Of a stretch of 64,000 bases of DNA, positions 35,172 to 45,057 are shown one piece after another. Position numbers and translations under genes: made by a program. Every line of letters starts with the position of its first letter. Position 1 is the stretch's first letter. Origin of the DNA: Candidatus Omnitrophota bacterium (GTDB lineage: Bacteria; Omnitrophota; Omnitrophia; Omnitrophales; Aquincolibacteriaceae). The DNA lies in contig JAHFHG010000006.1 in assembly GCA_023247035.1 (NCBI GenBank), forward strand, positions 298-64,297, given 5' to 3'. The notes under the pieces are model-generated. The model was not told the origin of the DNA, did not search any database, and saw nothing but the letters and a program-made list of their open reading frames with translations.

Positions 35172-37405
35172 TGCGAGTCCACGAACTAGCCAAAGAATTA
35201 GGATCTGCGAGTAAAGATTTGCTGGCGCGCATTCAGGCGCTGGGCGGAGAGGCCAAAAATCATATGTCCCTTGTGGAAGGCCCTATCCTCGAAGCGGTGC
35301 GAAAGAGCTTCAAGCAGCCACCGGCGGACAAGGAAAAAAAATCAGAAGCCAAGGCGGCAAGCTCAAAAACAAGTCCCGCGATGAAAACGTCTTCTGCCGC
35401 GCCTTCCCACCGGCAGCGGAAAATAGAAACCGAAAAAAAATCTCCTGTCGGGGAATCGCCTGCCGCGTCCCTGCCGCAAGCCGCGCCTCGCAAGGGGATC
35501 GAAGAAGGCAAACCGGCTCCCCAGGCTGTCCCGGTTTCAAAGTCTCCGGGATTCATCAAGGAAGAGAAAGTTGCGGGGGCCGCAATCCCTGCCGCGGTAA
35601 AAACCGAAATCTCACCTTCCGGGCCGGCCGCGGCGGTCGCCGAAGCCATTGAAATTCAATTTCCTATTATGGTCGGAATGCTTGCAGCCCAGCTGCGCAT
35701 CAAGGTCTCTGATTTAATCAAAAATTTGATGGGAATGGGAATCTTTGCCAATGTGAATCAGATGCTTAATGAAGAGATCGTTTTCAAGCTCGCCGGCAAG
35801 ATGGGGATCAATATCAAAAAGGCCGATGACGAGGAAGAAAAAATCCTTCATTCAAAATTTGAGGACAAAGAAGATGCCGGGCTTTTGAAGCCCCGGCCTC
35901 CGGTGGTGACTTTGATGGGCCACGTCGACCACGGAAAGACCTCTCTTCTGGATGCGATCCGGAAAACCAATGTGGCTGCAAAAGAAAAGGGAGCGATCAC
36001 GCAGCATATCGGCGCTTACGGGGTCGACATTCCCGGTAAAGGGCACGTCACTTTTCTGGATACGCCGGGCCACGAGGCCTTTACGGCCATGCGCGCCCGC
36101 GGGGCCAATATTACGGACGTGGTGGTTCTTGTGGTTGCCGCAGATGACGGGGTCATGCCCCAGACCCTTGAGGCCGTTGATCATGCGCGCGAAGCGGGAT
36201 GCCCGATTGTGGTTGCCGTCAATAAATCCGACCTTCCCAACGCCAATCCTCAAAAAGTAATGACGGGACTTCAAAAAATGGATCTTATTCCGGAAGAATG
36301 GGGCGGCAAAACCATTTGCGTTAAAGTTTCCGCGAAGACCGGCCAGGGGATTGAGAATCTTCTTGAGATGCTTCTTTTGGAAGCCGAGGTCTTAGAATTA
36401 AAAGCCAATCCCGACAGGCCTGCCTTCGGCACTGTCATTGAGGGCCATATTTCTAAGGGAAGTGGCCCGGTCGCTGCGGTGATTGTGCAAAAAGGAACAT
36501 TGAAAGTCGGCGATATCGTGGTCTGCGGCGTCTGCTCCGGCCGCGTCAGGGCTCTTCGAAATGATCGGGGCAAGAGCGTTCGTGAGGCAGGGCCCTCCTA
36601 TGCGGTTGAATTGACGGGCCTGAACCAGGTTCCGCAGGCCGGAGAAATTTTTTTCGTCGCGGAAGATGAAAAAACAGCCCGCAAGATTACGGAAAAAAGA
36701 ATCCTCGAAGAAAGGGAAAAACAAAGCCGCGGCGCTCCCAGGCATTTATCTCTTGAGGATCTTTATCACCGGATTTCGGAAGGAAATTTCAAAGAGCTGA
36801 AACTCATTATCAAAGCCGACGTCCAAGGGTCGGTGGAGGCCTTGGCGCAGTCGCTTGAAAAGTTGAGTTCCGAGCAGTGCCGTATCCGCGTCATTCACGG
36901 CGGAGTGGGCGGAATCAATGAATCCGATGTGATGCTTGCCGCGGCCTCTGACGCCATCATTCTGGGTTTCCACGTCAAAGCGGATCCCAAGACTCAAGAA
37001 ACGGGTGAAAAAGAAGGCGTTGATTTAAGGTTTTACAGCATCATTTATGAGGCGGTTGAGGATGTCAGAAAGGCCTTGGAAGGTTTGCTTGAGCCGACTT
37101 ACAAAGAAGTCTCCGAAGGGCGTGTCCAGATCCGGAAAGTCTTTAAGATTTCCAGAATCGGCACCGTGGGCGGGGGAATGGTTGTGAAAGGAAAGATTGT
37201 CAGGAGCAACCGCATTCGTATTCTTCGGAACCTTGTTGTGGCTTTCGAAGGCAAGCTCTCTTCGCTGAAACGGTTTAAAGATGACGTGCGGGAAGTCGCT
37301 CAAGGTTATGAATGCGGCCTTTCGGTTGAAGGATTTGAGGATCTCCGCGAGGGCGACGTGATTGAATGCTACCGCCTGGATAAGATTGCGACGAAGTTGT
37401 TATAG
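35171..37405 (+). CDS. infB: Translation initiation factor IF-2
   Basis: [38 protein letters not shown]. Confidence 0.98.
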   Translation: MRVHELAKELGSASKDLLARIQALGGEAKNHMSLVEGPILEAVRKSFKQPPADKEKKSEAKAASSKTSPAMKTSSAAPSHRQRKIETEKKSPVGESPAASLPQAAPRKGIEEGKPAPQAVPVSKSPGFIKEEKVAGAAIPAAVKTEISPSGPAAAVAEAIEIQFPIMVGMLAAQLRIKVSDLIKNLMGMGIFANVNQMLNEEIVFKLAGKMGINIKKADDEEEKILHSKFEDKEDAGLLKPRPPVVTLMGHVDHGKTSLLDAIRKTNVAAKEKGAITQHIGAYGVDIPGKGHVTFLDTPGHEAFTAMRARGANITDVVVLVVAADDGVMPQTLEAVDHAREAGCPIVVAVNKSDLPNANPQKVMTGLQKMDLIPEEWGGKTICVKVSAKTGQGIENLLEMLLLEAEVLELKANPDRPAFGTVIEGHISKGSGPVAAVIVQKGTLKVGDIVVCGVCSGRVRALRNDRGKSVREAGPSYAVELTGLNQVPQAGEIFFVAEDEKTARKITEKRILEEREKQSRGAPRHLSLEDLYHRISEGNFKELKLIIKADVQGSVEALAQSLEKLSSEQCRIRVIHGGVGGINESDVMLAAASDAIILGFHVKADPKTQETGEKEGVDLRFYSIIYEAVEDVRKALEGLLEPTYKEVSEGRVQIRKVFKISRIGTVGGGMVVKGKIVRSNRIRILRNLVVAFEGKLSSLKRFKDDVREVAQGYECGLSVEGFEDLREGDVIECYRLDKIATKLL

Positions 37406-37413
37406 GATTTTTT

Positions 37414-37770
37414 ATGCAGGGCAAACGGATAGAGCGCGTAGGGCATTTGATTCAAATGGAATTAAGCCGGCTTCTTCTTCACCGCGTCAAGGACCCGCGC
37501 CTCGGCTTTGTTACGATTACTCACGTGAAAGTTACGCCGGACCTGCGTTCCGCCTGTGTTTTTTACAGCGCCATGGGCGATGAAAAGAGCCGTAAAAATT
37601 CTCAGGTGGCATTGGAAAAAGCCGCTGGTTTTTTGCAAAAAGAAATCGGATCGGCAATCCAGCTTCGCAATACCCCGAAATTGCAATTTTGTTTCGATGA
37701 TTCTCTGGATCGCGGCCTTGAGATTGACAAGGTCCTTCGTAAACTCCGCGAGGGCGACCGGAGCGATTGA
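37414..37770 (+). CDS. rbfA: Ribosome-binding factor A
   Basis: KDPRLGFVTITHVKVTPDL, LRNTPKL.F; position after infB. Confidence 0.95.
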   Translation: MQGKRIERVGHLIQMELSRLLLHRVKDPRLGFVTITHVKVTPDLRSACVFYSAMGDEKSRKNSQVALEKAAGFLQKEIGSAIQLRNTPKLQFCFDDSLDRGLEIDKVLRKLREGDRSD

Positions 37771-38804
37771 GCCTTATGGAAACTGACCTTAAAAACAGGA
37801 CACCCACGCACCGCCGCAAGGGAGCCGGCGACCTTAAAGCGTTCTGTAAGGCGCTCAAAACCTACGATCATTACTTGTTGTCGTGCCACGTCGCTCCGGA
37901 AGGAGATGCGATCGGCAGCATCCTGGCCATGAATTCCCTCTTGAGGCGATTAGGGAAAAAGACGTCCGTGGTTTCTGAAGATCCATTTCCGGAAAGGCTT
38001 TCCTGCCTCTCTTCAAAATACTGGAAGCAGGTGGATCAGATCCGCGCCGCGCCTCCCCGGTTTCAGGCCTTAGTGTTGGCCGACTGCCCTAATTTAGACC
38101 GGATCGGCCGGGTCAAACAATTATTGAATCCCGATACGGTGATTTTCAATATTGACCATCACATCAGCAATCTCTACTTTGGACATTACAATTACGTCCG
38201 CCCCGAGGCTGCGGCGAGCGGGGAAGTGGTCTTTGATATTTTTAAATCCCTGCGGTTAGCGCTGACCAAAGAGGAAGCCACGAACCTTTACGTTGCGCTC
38301 TCCACCGATACCGGCTCTTTTAAATATTCCAACACCAGCGCGCGGAGCCACTTGATGGCCGCGGAACTGATCCGCTGCGGGATCCGCTTGGAGCAAATTA
38401 ACGAAGGCTTGAACGCCACTTACTCGCTCAGCAAGATCAATCTTTACAGCCGGCTCTTCAGCCGGGTCAGAACGGCTGAGAATGGCCGCATTGCCTGGGT
38501 CGTCCTGAAACGCGAGGATTTGAGGGATTCGGGCGCCACTTATGAGGACACGGAAGGCTTCATTGATTTTTTAAAATACTTAAGAGAAGTGAAAATCGCT
38601 TTTTTTCTTATCGAATCTTCCCAGGATTCCGAAATCCGCGTTTCCTTCCGGTCCAAAGACGATTATGACGTCAATAAAATCGCCGCTTCGTTTGAAGGAG
38701 GCGGCCATAAAAAAGCCGCAGGCTGCACGTTTAGGGGCGCCACCGTGGAAGAGGCGGAACGGATTATATTAGAAAGGCTGCGCCGGGAATTCAGCTCCCG
38801 ATGA
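37767..38804 (+). CDS. nrnA: DHH-family oligoribonuclease/pAp phosphatase
   Basis: HVAPEGDAIGS, IDHH, TDTGSF, GGGHKKAAG. Confidence 0.9.
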   Translation: MSLMETDLKNRTPTHRRKGAGDLKAFCKALKTYDHYLLSCHVAPEGDAIGSILAMNSLLRRLGKKTSVVSEDPFPERLSCLSSKYWKQVDQIRAAPPRFQALVLADCPNLDRIGRVKQLLNPDTVIFNIDHHISNLYFGHYNYVRPEAAASGEVVFDIFKSLRLALTKEEATNLYVALSTDTGSFKYSNTSARSHLMAAELIRCGIRLEQINEGLNATYSLSKINLYSRLFSRVRTAENGRIAWVVLKREDLRDSGATYEDTEGFIDFLKYLREVKIAFFLIESSQDSEIRVSFRSKDDYDVNKIAASFEGGGHKKAAGCTFRGATVEEAERIILERLRREFSSR

Positions 38805-39556
38805 ATTCCCCAATCCATTCGATGGACGGCATTCTTTTAGTGGACAAACCCGCGGACTGGACTTCGCACGATGTCTGCGCATTCGTAAGGAGCCATTTTA
38901 AGATCAAAAAAGTAGGCCACGCCGGCACGCTTGATCCGCTTGCTACGGGCCTTCTTGTGCTCCTCCTTGGAAGGGCCACCAAACAATCCATTCCGCTCAG
39001 CTCCTGTGATAAAGAATATTACGGCGTGATGGAGCTCGGAATCAAAACCGATTCCCACGACCGGAAAGGCAAAGTGATTGCGGAAGCTCCTTGGGAGGCC
39101 GTCAGCCTCGAACAAATCCGCGTTCAAGCGCTCCGGTTTACAGGCGAGATTCTGCAGATTCCTCCGATGGTCTCCGCTTTGAAACACAAAGGCGTGCGGC
39201 TGTATGAATTGGCGCGGCGGGGAATCCAGATCCCGCGTGAGGAGAGAAAGATTACCGTTCATGAATTCACGATTAAAGAAAAGCAAGGGCCCTTTGTCCG
39301 ATTTTCTGCCTGGGTCTCAAAGGGAACTTACCTTCGGACCTTGGTCAATGACCTGGGAGACGCCCTGGGGTGTTTTGCCGCGCTTGCCGAACTGCGCCGG
39401 ATCCGGAGCGGCGAATTCAAATTAGAAGACAGCGTCGGCGTGGATCAGCTTAGGCAGATGACGGCGGGCGATTTGCGGCAGAGAATGATGATTGCGCGGC
39501 CTTCTTCCCTACTTTCTTATGCGGATTTACACAACGCTCGAAACGTTCCGTCCTGA
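38801..39556 (+). CDS. truB: tRNA pseudouridine(55) synthase (short, no C-terminal PUA)
   Basis: KVGHAGTLDPLATG, SKGTYLRTL. Confidence 0.96.
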   Translation: MNSPIHSMDGILLVDKPADWTSHDVCAFVRSHFKIKKVGHAGTLDPLATGLLVLLLGRATKQSIPLSSCDKEYYGVMELGIKTDSHDRKGKVIAEAPWEAVSLEQIRVQALRFTGEILQIPPMVSALKHKGVRLYELARRGIQIPREERKITVHEFTIKEKQGPFVRFSAWVSKGTYLRTLVNDLGDALGCFAALAELRRIRSGEFKLEDSVGVDQLRQMTAGDLRQRMMIARPSSLLSYADLHNARNVPS

Positions 39557-40571
39557 TTTTTCCTCTCCTCTGTTTTTGGCCCTCGGCAATTTTGACGGTC
39601 TGCATATCGGCCATCAAAATATTTTAAGAAGGGCGCTTCAAGAAGCGGCTTTATCTAAGGGGAGACTCGCGGTTCTGACTTTTCAAAGGCATCCTCAGCA
39701 GATCCTCCAAACTCAAAAGCCTGTGCCGCGTTTATTGACTTCTCCTTTTCACAAATTGTGGCTGCTCAAAGAATCGAAAGCGGATATTTGTTTTTTCCTG
39801 CCCTTCACCACGGAGTTTTCCCGGCTTGAGCCGGAGGCCTTTATCGAAAAGATTCTGATCCAGCGCCTGAAAATCCATAAAGTTTATATGGGCTACAGCG
39901 CGCGCTTCGGGCATCATCGAAAAGGGGACGTAAACTTGATGCGCGAAGCCTCGAAGCGGTTCGGGTTCGGCTTTGAGGAAATACCGCCGGTGAAAATCCA
40001 AAATGAATTTGTTTCGAGCTCCAAAATAAGAGAGTTTGTATCGGCGGGCCGTCTTGAAGAGGCCAGGTCCTTTCTTGGACGGCCTTACAGCATTCTGGGG
40101 AAGGTTATCAAGGGAGGCGGCCAAGGCGCGCGGCTGGGTTATCCAACGGCAAATCTCGAGGCGGTGGAATATGTTTTGCCTCCTCAAGGAGTTTATCCCG
40201 CGGAAGCGCGGCTGTTTTCGCTCAGCGCAGGGCCGCAAAATGAGGCGGGAGAAATTTTTCGCGGCGGGCCGGCCGGATCTTGGTATCGCGGGGTTCTTAA
40301 TTATGGATTTCGTCCGACCTTCAAGGCCGCCGCCGAACCGCAGCTCGAAATTCACCTCTTGGATTTTCACGGCGATCTTTATGGAAAAGACCTTGAGGTT
40401 TCGTTTCATCCCCGGTTCAGAGAGGAAAAGAGGTTTGAAACGGCGGAAGGTTTAAAGGCGCAGATTGCCGAAGATATCGCGGCTGCGAAGAGATATTTTT
40501 CCATTTCTCAAGTCAGCCCCCTTCAAAAAACGGCCAAAGAATCGGGGGGCGCCTTTTTATTTCTTAAATAA
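39519..40571 (+). CDS. ribF: Bifunctional riboflavin kinase/FAD synthetase
   Basis: GNFDGLHIGH, VSSSKIR, LGYPTAN, EIHLLDF. Confidence 0.95.
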   Translation: MRIYTTLETFRPDFSSPLFLALGNFDGLHIGHQNILRRALQEAALSKGRLAVLTFQRHPQQILQTQKPVPRLLTSPFHKLWLLKESKADICFFLPFTTEFSRLEPEAFIEKILIQRLKIHKVYMGYSARFGHHRKGDVNLMREASKRFGFGFEEIPPVKIQNEFVSSSKIREFVSAGRLEEARSFLGRPYSILGKVIKGGGQGARLGYPTANLEAVEYVLPPQGVYPAEARLFSLSAGPQNEAGEIFRGGPAGSWYRGVLNYGFRPTFKAAAEPQLEIHLLDFHGDLYGKDLEVSFHPRFREEKRFETAEGLKAQIAEDIAAAKRYFSISQVSPLQKTAKESGGAFLFLK

Positions 40572-40596
40572 TTGTCAACCTCCAGCGGAAAACCCA

Positions 40597-40625
40597 TTGA
40601 CGGTTTTTGGGAAAAAAGTTAGACT
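40597..40625 (+). promoter_or_regulatory. sigma70-type promoter of the transketolase genes
   Basis: TTGACG-17nt-TAGACT. Confidence 0.6.
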
Positions 40626-40654
40626 GCCCCCCTCTTATGCCTCAAGGAAAAATC

Positions 40655-41473
40655 ATGATCAAACCCAATCTGGATCAGCTCAAAGCCCGCGCCAAACAGA
40701 TTCGCCGCGATATTATTGAAATGACCTGCCAGGCCGGTTCCGGCCACCCGGGAGGCTCTCTTTCCGCCGTCGAAATTGCGGCCGCGCTTTATTTTTCCGT
40801 CATGAATTATGATCCCAAAAATCCGAATTCGCCGGATCGCGACCGTTTTATTCTCAGCAAAGGCCACGCCGCGCCGCTTCTCTACTCGGTCCTGGCCGAG
40901 GCAGGCTATTTCAACCGTGATTTCCTCCTTACTTTTCGCAGGCTTGGCAGCCCGCTGCAAGGCCATCCCGACCGGCGGCGCCTCGCGGGAGTGGAGGCCT
41001 CCACAGGTTCGCTGGGGCAGGGCCTTTCGATCGGGATCGGACACGCCCTCGCAAGACGCCTGGATAAGAAATCTTATTTTACTTACGTCCTTCTAAGCGA
41101 CGGGGAAACGAACGAAGGCCAAACCTGGGAAGCCGCCGCAATGGCCGCTCATCACAACGTGGATCATTTGATCGCCTTCCTGGATTACAATAAATTTCAA
41201 TTGGATGATGCGACGCACGTGATCTGCGATATGGAGCCGATGGCCGCCAAATGGGAAAGTTTCGGCTGGCACGTTCAGGAAATCGACGGGCACGATTTTG
41301 ATCAGATTTTTAAAGCGGTCGAGGCCGCCCAGCAAGTCAAGGGGCAGCCGGCAATGATTGTGTCCCACACCCTTAAAGGCAAGGGGATCAGCTTTATGGA
41401 AAACAACAACCATTTTCACGGGGTCGCGCCCACGCGCGAAGAGGCCGACCGCGCCCTCAAGGAACTTGCCTGA
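40655..41473 (+). CDS. Transketolase, N-terminal subunit (split type)
   Basis: GHPGGSLS, DRFILSKGH, STGSLGQG, DGETNEG..WEA. AAGGA RBS before ATG 40655. Confidence 0.95.
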   Translation: MIKPNLDQLKARAKQIRRDIIEMTCQAGSGHPGGSLSAVEIAAALYFSVMNYDPKNPNSPDRDRFILSKGHAAPLLYSVLAEAGYFNRDFLLTFRRLGSPLQGHPDRRRLAGVEASTGSLGQGLSIGIGHALARRLDKKSYFTYVLLSDGETNEGQTWEAAAMAAHHNVDHLIAFLDYNKFQLDDATHVICDMEPMAAKWESFGWHVQEIDGHDFDQIFKAVEAAQQVKGQPAMIVSHTLKGKGISFMENNNHFHGVAPTREEADRALKELA

Positions 41474-42414
41474 TGGAACGGAAATTGGGGAAAGCCACGC
41501 GCGACGCCTACGGGCAGGTTCTTATCGAACTCGGCCGGAAAAATCCCAACATTGTGGTTCTCGATGCGGATCTTTCAAAATCCACCAAAACCGCGGATTT
41601 CGCCAAGGCATTTCCGGAGCGGTTTATCAATGTCGGCATTATGGAAGCCAATATGGTCGGCGTGGCGTCAGGTCTCGCGGCGTGCGGAAAGATTCCTTTC
41701 ATTTCCAGTTTCGCCTGCTTTCTGATGTGCAAAGGATTCGACCAGCTGCGAATGAGCGTCGCCTTTCCGGAACTCAATGTGAAAGTCGTCGCTTCTCACG
41801 GAGGAATTTCGGTCGGAGAAGACGGCGCTTCGCAGATGAGCATTGAAGACATCGCCCTCGCCGCCGCGCTCCCTCATTTTGTTGTGATGATCCCGGCCGA
41901 TGAATTCGCCACCCGCGCGCTTGTGACCCGGGCGGTCGATTATCCTAAGCCGGTTTTCATGCGGACGTGCCGTCCTAAAGCTCCGTTAATTTACAACGAG
42001 CAAACTCATTTCGAAATCGGAAAAGGAATGGTTGTCCGCGAGGGCCGGGACGTTTCAATCGTTGCCACGGGCCTTCTTGTTGCCGAGGCCTTGGAGGCGA
42101 GTCAGATCCTCGAGAAAAAAGGGATACAGGCCGGCGTGATGGATATCCACACGATTAAACCGATTGACGAAGACTTGCTGATCCGGGAGGCGCAAAAGAC
42201 AAAACACGTCGTGGTCGCCGAGGAGCATCAAATTTGGGGCGGACTCGGAAGCGCCGTCGCCAGAGTTTTGAGCCGGAACGTTCCCTGCAAAATGGAATTT
42301 GTGGCGATTCAAGATACCTACGCGGAATCCGGCCTGCCTGCAGAATTGTTTGATAAGTATAAGTTGTCCGCGCCCCATATTGCCGCGGCCGCCGAGCGTG
42401 TGCTGGGGAAGTAA
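41473..42414 (+). CDS. Transketolase, C-terminal subunit
   Basis: ATRDAYG, LDADLSKST, GIMEANMV, GEDGASQ, IKPID, EEH...GGLG. Confidence 0.95.
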   Translation: MERKLGKATRDAYGQVLIELGRKNPNIVVLDADLSKSTKTADFAKAFPERFINVGIMEANMVGVASGLAACGKIPFISSFACFLMCKGFDQLRMSVAFPELNVKVVASHGGISVGEDGASQMSIEDIALAAALPHFVVMIPADEFATRALVTRAVDYPKPVFMRTCRPKAPLIYNEQTHFEIGKGMVVREGRDVSIVATGLLVAEALEASQILEKKGIQAGVMDIHTIKPIDEDLLIREAQKTKHVVVAEEHQIWGGLGSAVARVLSRNVPCKMEFVAIQDTYAESGLPAELFDKYKLSAPHIAAAAERVLGK

Positions 42415-42493
42415 GTTTGATAAATTTCCAAAATTGTTTTGATGCAATTAGGTTTGGCAAAATTTCAGTTCATTTCGTGTGAAGCTTTGCTCA

Positions 42494-42642
42494 ACAAGCG
42501 GTTGAGCATTCCCGCGTCTTCCGGCGGGAAAGCGGCCCCGAGAAATGCGAAGCGTTTCCGGGACTAAAGTCCTGGAAATCGCTCCGCGATTTCACAGGGG
42601 AATCCAGAATCTCGATTCCTGATCGAAACATTCAAGAATAAC
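42494..42642. repeat. Composite ATTCCCG-type palindromic repeat (long copy)
   Basis: acaagcggttg..cattcccg...cgggaa...gggaatccag...gattcctgatcgaaacattcaagaataac, with nested hairpins. Confidence 0.6.
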
Positions 42643-42683
42643 AGGAAAAAAAATTCCGCTAAACTTAAATCGATAAAATCAAA

Positions 42684-44375
42684 ATGATGTCCCGCCCCCG
42701 TCAAATTTTCTTTTTAATCTTACTTCTTTTCTTTCCCTTCCGCGCCGCCTTATCCGCCACAGCCGCCAAGGCGATGGTCGTGACCGCGGAACGCCAGGCG
42801 ACGCGCGCGGCCTTAGAAATTTTGCGAAATGGCGGCAATGCCGTCGATGCCGCGATCGCAGCTCAGTGGGTCCTCAACGTTGTCGAGCCGCAGTCCTCCG
42901 GCTTGGGCGGCGGTGGATTTTTCCTTTATTACGAGTCCGCCCCCAAACGGATTTATGCCTTTGACGGCCGCGAGGCCGCCCCCGCAGGAGCCTATCCCGA
43001 AATGTTTCTGGATAAAAAAGGCGATCCTTACCCTTTCACGCCGGACCGGATTACGGGAGGCCTTCCGGTCGGAGTCCCCGGAACTTTAAAGCTTTTGCAT
43101 CACGTTTACAGCCGTTTTGCCTCCAAAAAATTTTCGTTCGGGGAACTTTTCGCGCCCGCAATTGAAATCGCCGAGGGAGGTTTCCCCATTTCCCGGCGGC
43201 TTGCGGGATTTATCAATGAGGAAAAGGAACGGCTGAAACTTTTCAAGGCTTCCCGCCAAATTTTTTTTGACGCAAAAGGCAAACCGCTTGAAAAAGGGAT
43301 GTATCTTTTCCAGCATGACCTTGCCCGCACCTTCCGTTTGATCCAGGGCGAGGGGATACTCCCTTTCTACGAAGGAAAAATCGCCGACGCCATTGTCAAG
43401 GCCGTTCAAACCGCGCCCTTTCATCCCGGCCTGATGAAAAAGGAAGACCTCTTTTACTACCGTATCCTGGATCGAAATCCCACTCACGGAACTTATCGCG
43501 GCTTTGACATTTTCAGCATGGGGCCGCCTTCATCAGGAGGAACCACCTTGCTGGAGGCCTTGGGCATTCTTGAGCGTTATCAGCTCAGGCTCCACGGACG
43601 CAAGCCCGACGGTTTTCATTTGCTTTCCGAGGCCCAGAAGCTGGCCTTTCAGGACCGCAACCGTTTTTTGGGAGACCCGGCCTTTACGTACGTGCCCGTG
43701 CTCCGGCTTATTTCCAAATCCTTCGCGACGCGGCGCTCCCAGGAGATCCATTTTGAAATGGCGATCCCCACGACCGAGGCCGCGGTAAGGCCCTTGGCGT
43801 TGGAAAACTCGCACACTTCCCATCTTTCCATTGTGGACGAGCAGGGGAATATGGCGGCCTTCACGACGACGATTGAATCCGTGTTCGGATCCGCAATGGT
43901 GGTTCCCGGCTACGGCTTTCTGCTGAATAATGAGCTGACTGATTTTGAGGTGGTTCCGAAAAACGAAAATAAAAAACTTTTGCCCAATGCGGTCCAGGGA
44001 GAAAAAAAGCCGCGCAGCAGCATGACTCCGACTTTTATTTTTCAAAACGGCCGGCCTTTTCTTATCGCGGGCTCGCCGGGCGGATCAAAAATCATCGGCG
44101 CGGTTTTGAATGTGATCGTCAATCTGATCGATTTCGGAATGCCGCTTGAAGAAGCTCTCAGGGCCCCCCGGATCATCAATCGCGACGGCCCGATTGAGCT
44201 TGAAACTCAACTCTATCAAGACCTTGATCTCAAGCGCGAACTGGAGCGGAGGGGGCATCCGGTTGTTCTGAACCCGGCCATCGGCAATGTCCAGGCGGTT
44301 TATTTTGATTCGGAAAAAGATCAGATTACCGGAGCGAGCGACCCGCGCGGCGACGGCGAGGCGTTGGGGTACTGA
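42684..44375 (+). CDS. ggt: Gamma-glutamyltransferase
   Basis: GGNAVDAAIA, EPQSSGLGGGGF, HTSHLSIVD (Thr nucleophile), LNNELTDF, PRSSMTP, GSPGG. Confidence 0.95.
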   Translation: MMSRPRQIFFLILLLFFPFRAALSATAAKAMVVTAERQATRAALEILRNGGNAVDAAIAAQWVLNVVEPQSSGLGGGGFFLYYESAPKRIYAFDGREAAPAGAYPEMFLDKKGDPYPFTPDRITGGLPVGVPGTLKLLHHVYSRFASKKFSFGELFAPAIEIAEGGFPISRRLAGFINEEKERLKLFKASRQIFFDAKGKPLEKGMYLFQHDLARTFRLIQGEGILPFYEGKIADAIVKAVQTAPFHPGLMKKEDLFYYRILDRNPTHGTYRGFDIFSMGPPSSGGTTLLEALGILERYQLRLHGRKPDGFHLLSEAQKLAFQDRNRFLGDPAFTYVPVLRLISKSFATRRSQEIHFEMAIPTTEAAVRPLALENSHTSHLSIVDEQGNMAAFTTTIESVFGSAMVVPGYGFLLNNELTDFEVVPKNENKKLLPNAVQGEKKPRSSMTPTFIFQNGRPFLIAGSPGGSKIIGAVLNVIVNLIDFGMPLEEALRAPRIINRDGPIELETQLYQDLDLKRELERRGHPVVLNPAIGNVQAVYFDSEKDQITGASDPRGDGEALGY

Positions 44376-44386
44376 TAATAGAAACC

Positions 44387-44411
44387 AGTAACCAGGGAAC
44401 TTCTGGTTACT
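44387..44411 (+). terminator. Hairpin after ggt
   Basis: agtaaccag-ggaactt-ctggttact; weak U tail. Confidence 0.35.
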
Positions 44412-44436
44412 TAACCTTCGCTAAAGTGAAGAAGTC

Positions 44437-45039
44437 ATGAAGAAGCGCATTCTTAAAAAGCAAAAAATTCTTTACGAAGGCGATTTCCTGCAGCTCGTGC
44501 GTGAAGGCCCGTGGGAATATGTCCAAAGAAAGAATTGTTCCGGCGTTGTCGTCATTGTTCCCTTGACTCAAGACGAAAAGGCCGTGTTTGTCGAGCAGCG
44601 CCGCGTGCCCGTCGGAGGAAATGTGATCGAGTTTCCGGCCGGTTTAGTGGAGGATCACAACTTAGTCCGGCGAGAAAGTCTGGAAGCTGCGGCCCAGCGC
44701 GAATTGTTGGAAGAAACGGGGTACCACGCGGAGCATTTGGAACATCTTGTGTCCGGTCCGGCGGCCTCAGGATTGAGCTGCGAGATTGTGGCCTTTTACC
44801 GCGCCTGCTGCCTTGAAAAAAGGGGCCCGGGAGGCGGCGTCGAATTAGAATCCATCCTTGTGCATGAAATTCCGTTGAAGCGGGCAGAGGTTTGGCTTAA
44901 GCGGATGGAAAAAAAAGGAAAGCGGATCGATCCCAAGGTTTACATTGGAATTTATTTTCTGAACGCCGCCGTGAGAATGCGGCATTCCAAGAAAAAAACA
45001 CGTTTGGCCCGCAGGTCGCAAGCCTTCCTTCCGCGATGA
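44437..45039 (+). CDS. Nudix hydrolase (ADP-ribose pyrophosphatase-like)
   Basis: EFPAGLVE...ESLEAAAQRELLEETGY. Confidence 0.9.
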   Translation: MKKRILKKQKILYEGDFLQLVREGPWEYVQRKNCSGVVVIVPLTQDEKAVFVEQRRVPVGGNVIEFPAGLVEDHNLVRRESLEAAAQRELLEETGYHAEHLEHLVSGPAASGLSCEIVAFYRACCLEKRGPGGGVELESILVHEIPLKRAEVWLKRMEKKGKRIDPKVYIGIYFLNAAVRMRHSKKKTRLARRSQAFLPR

Positions 45040-45057
45040 AAATCGCGCCGCTCCGAT

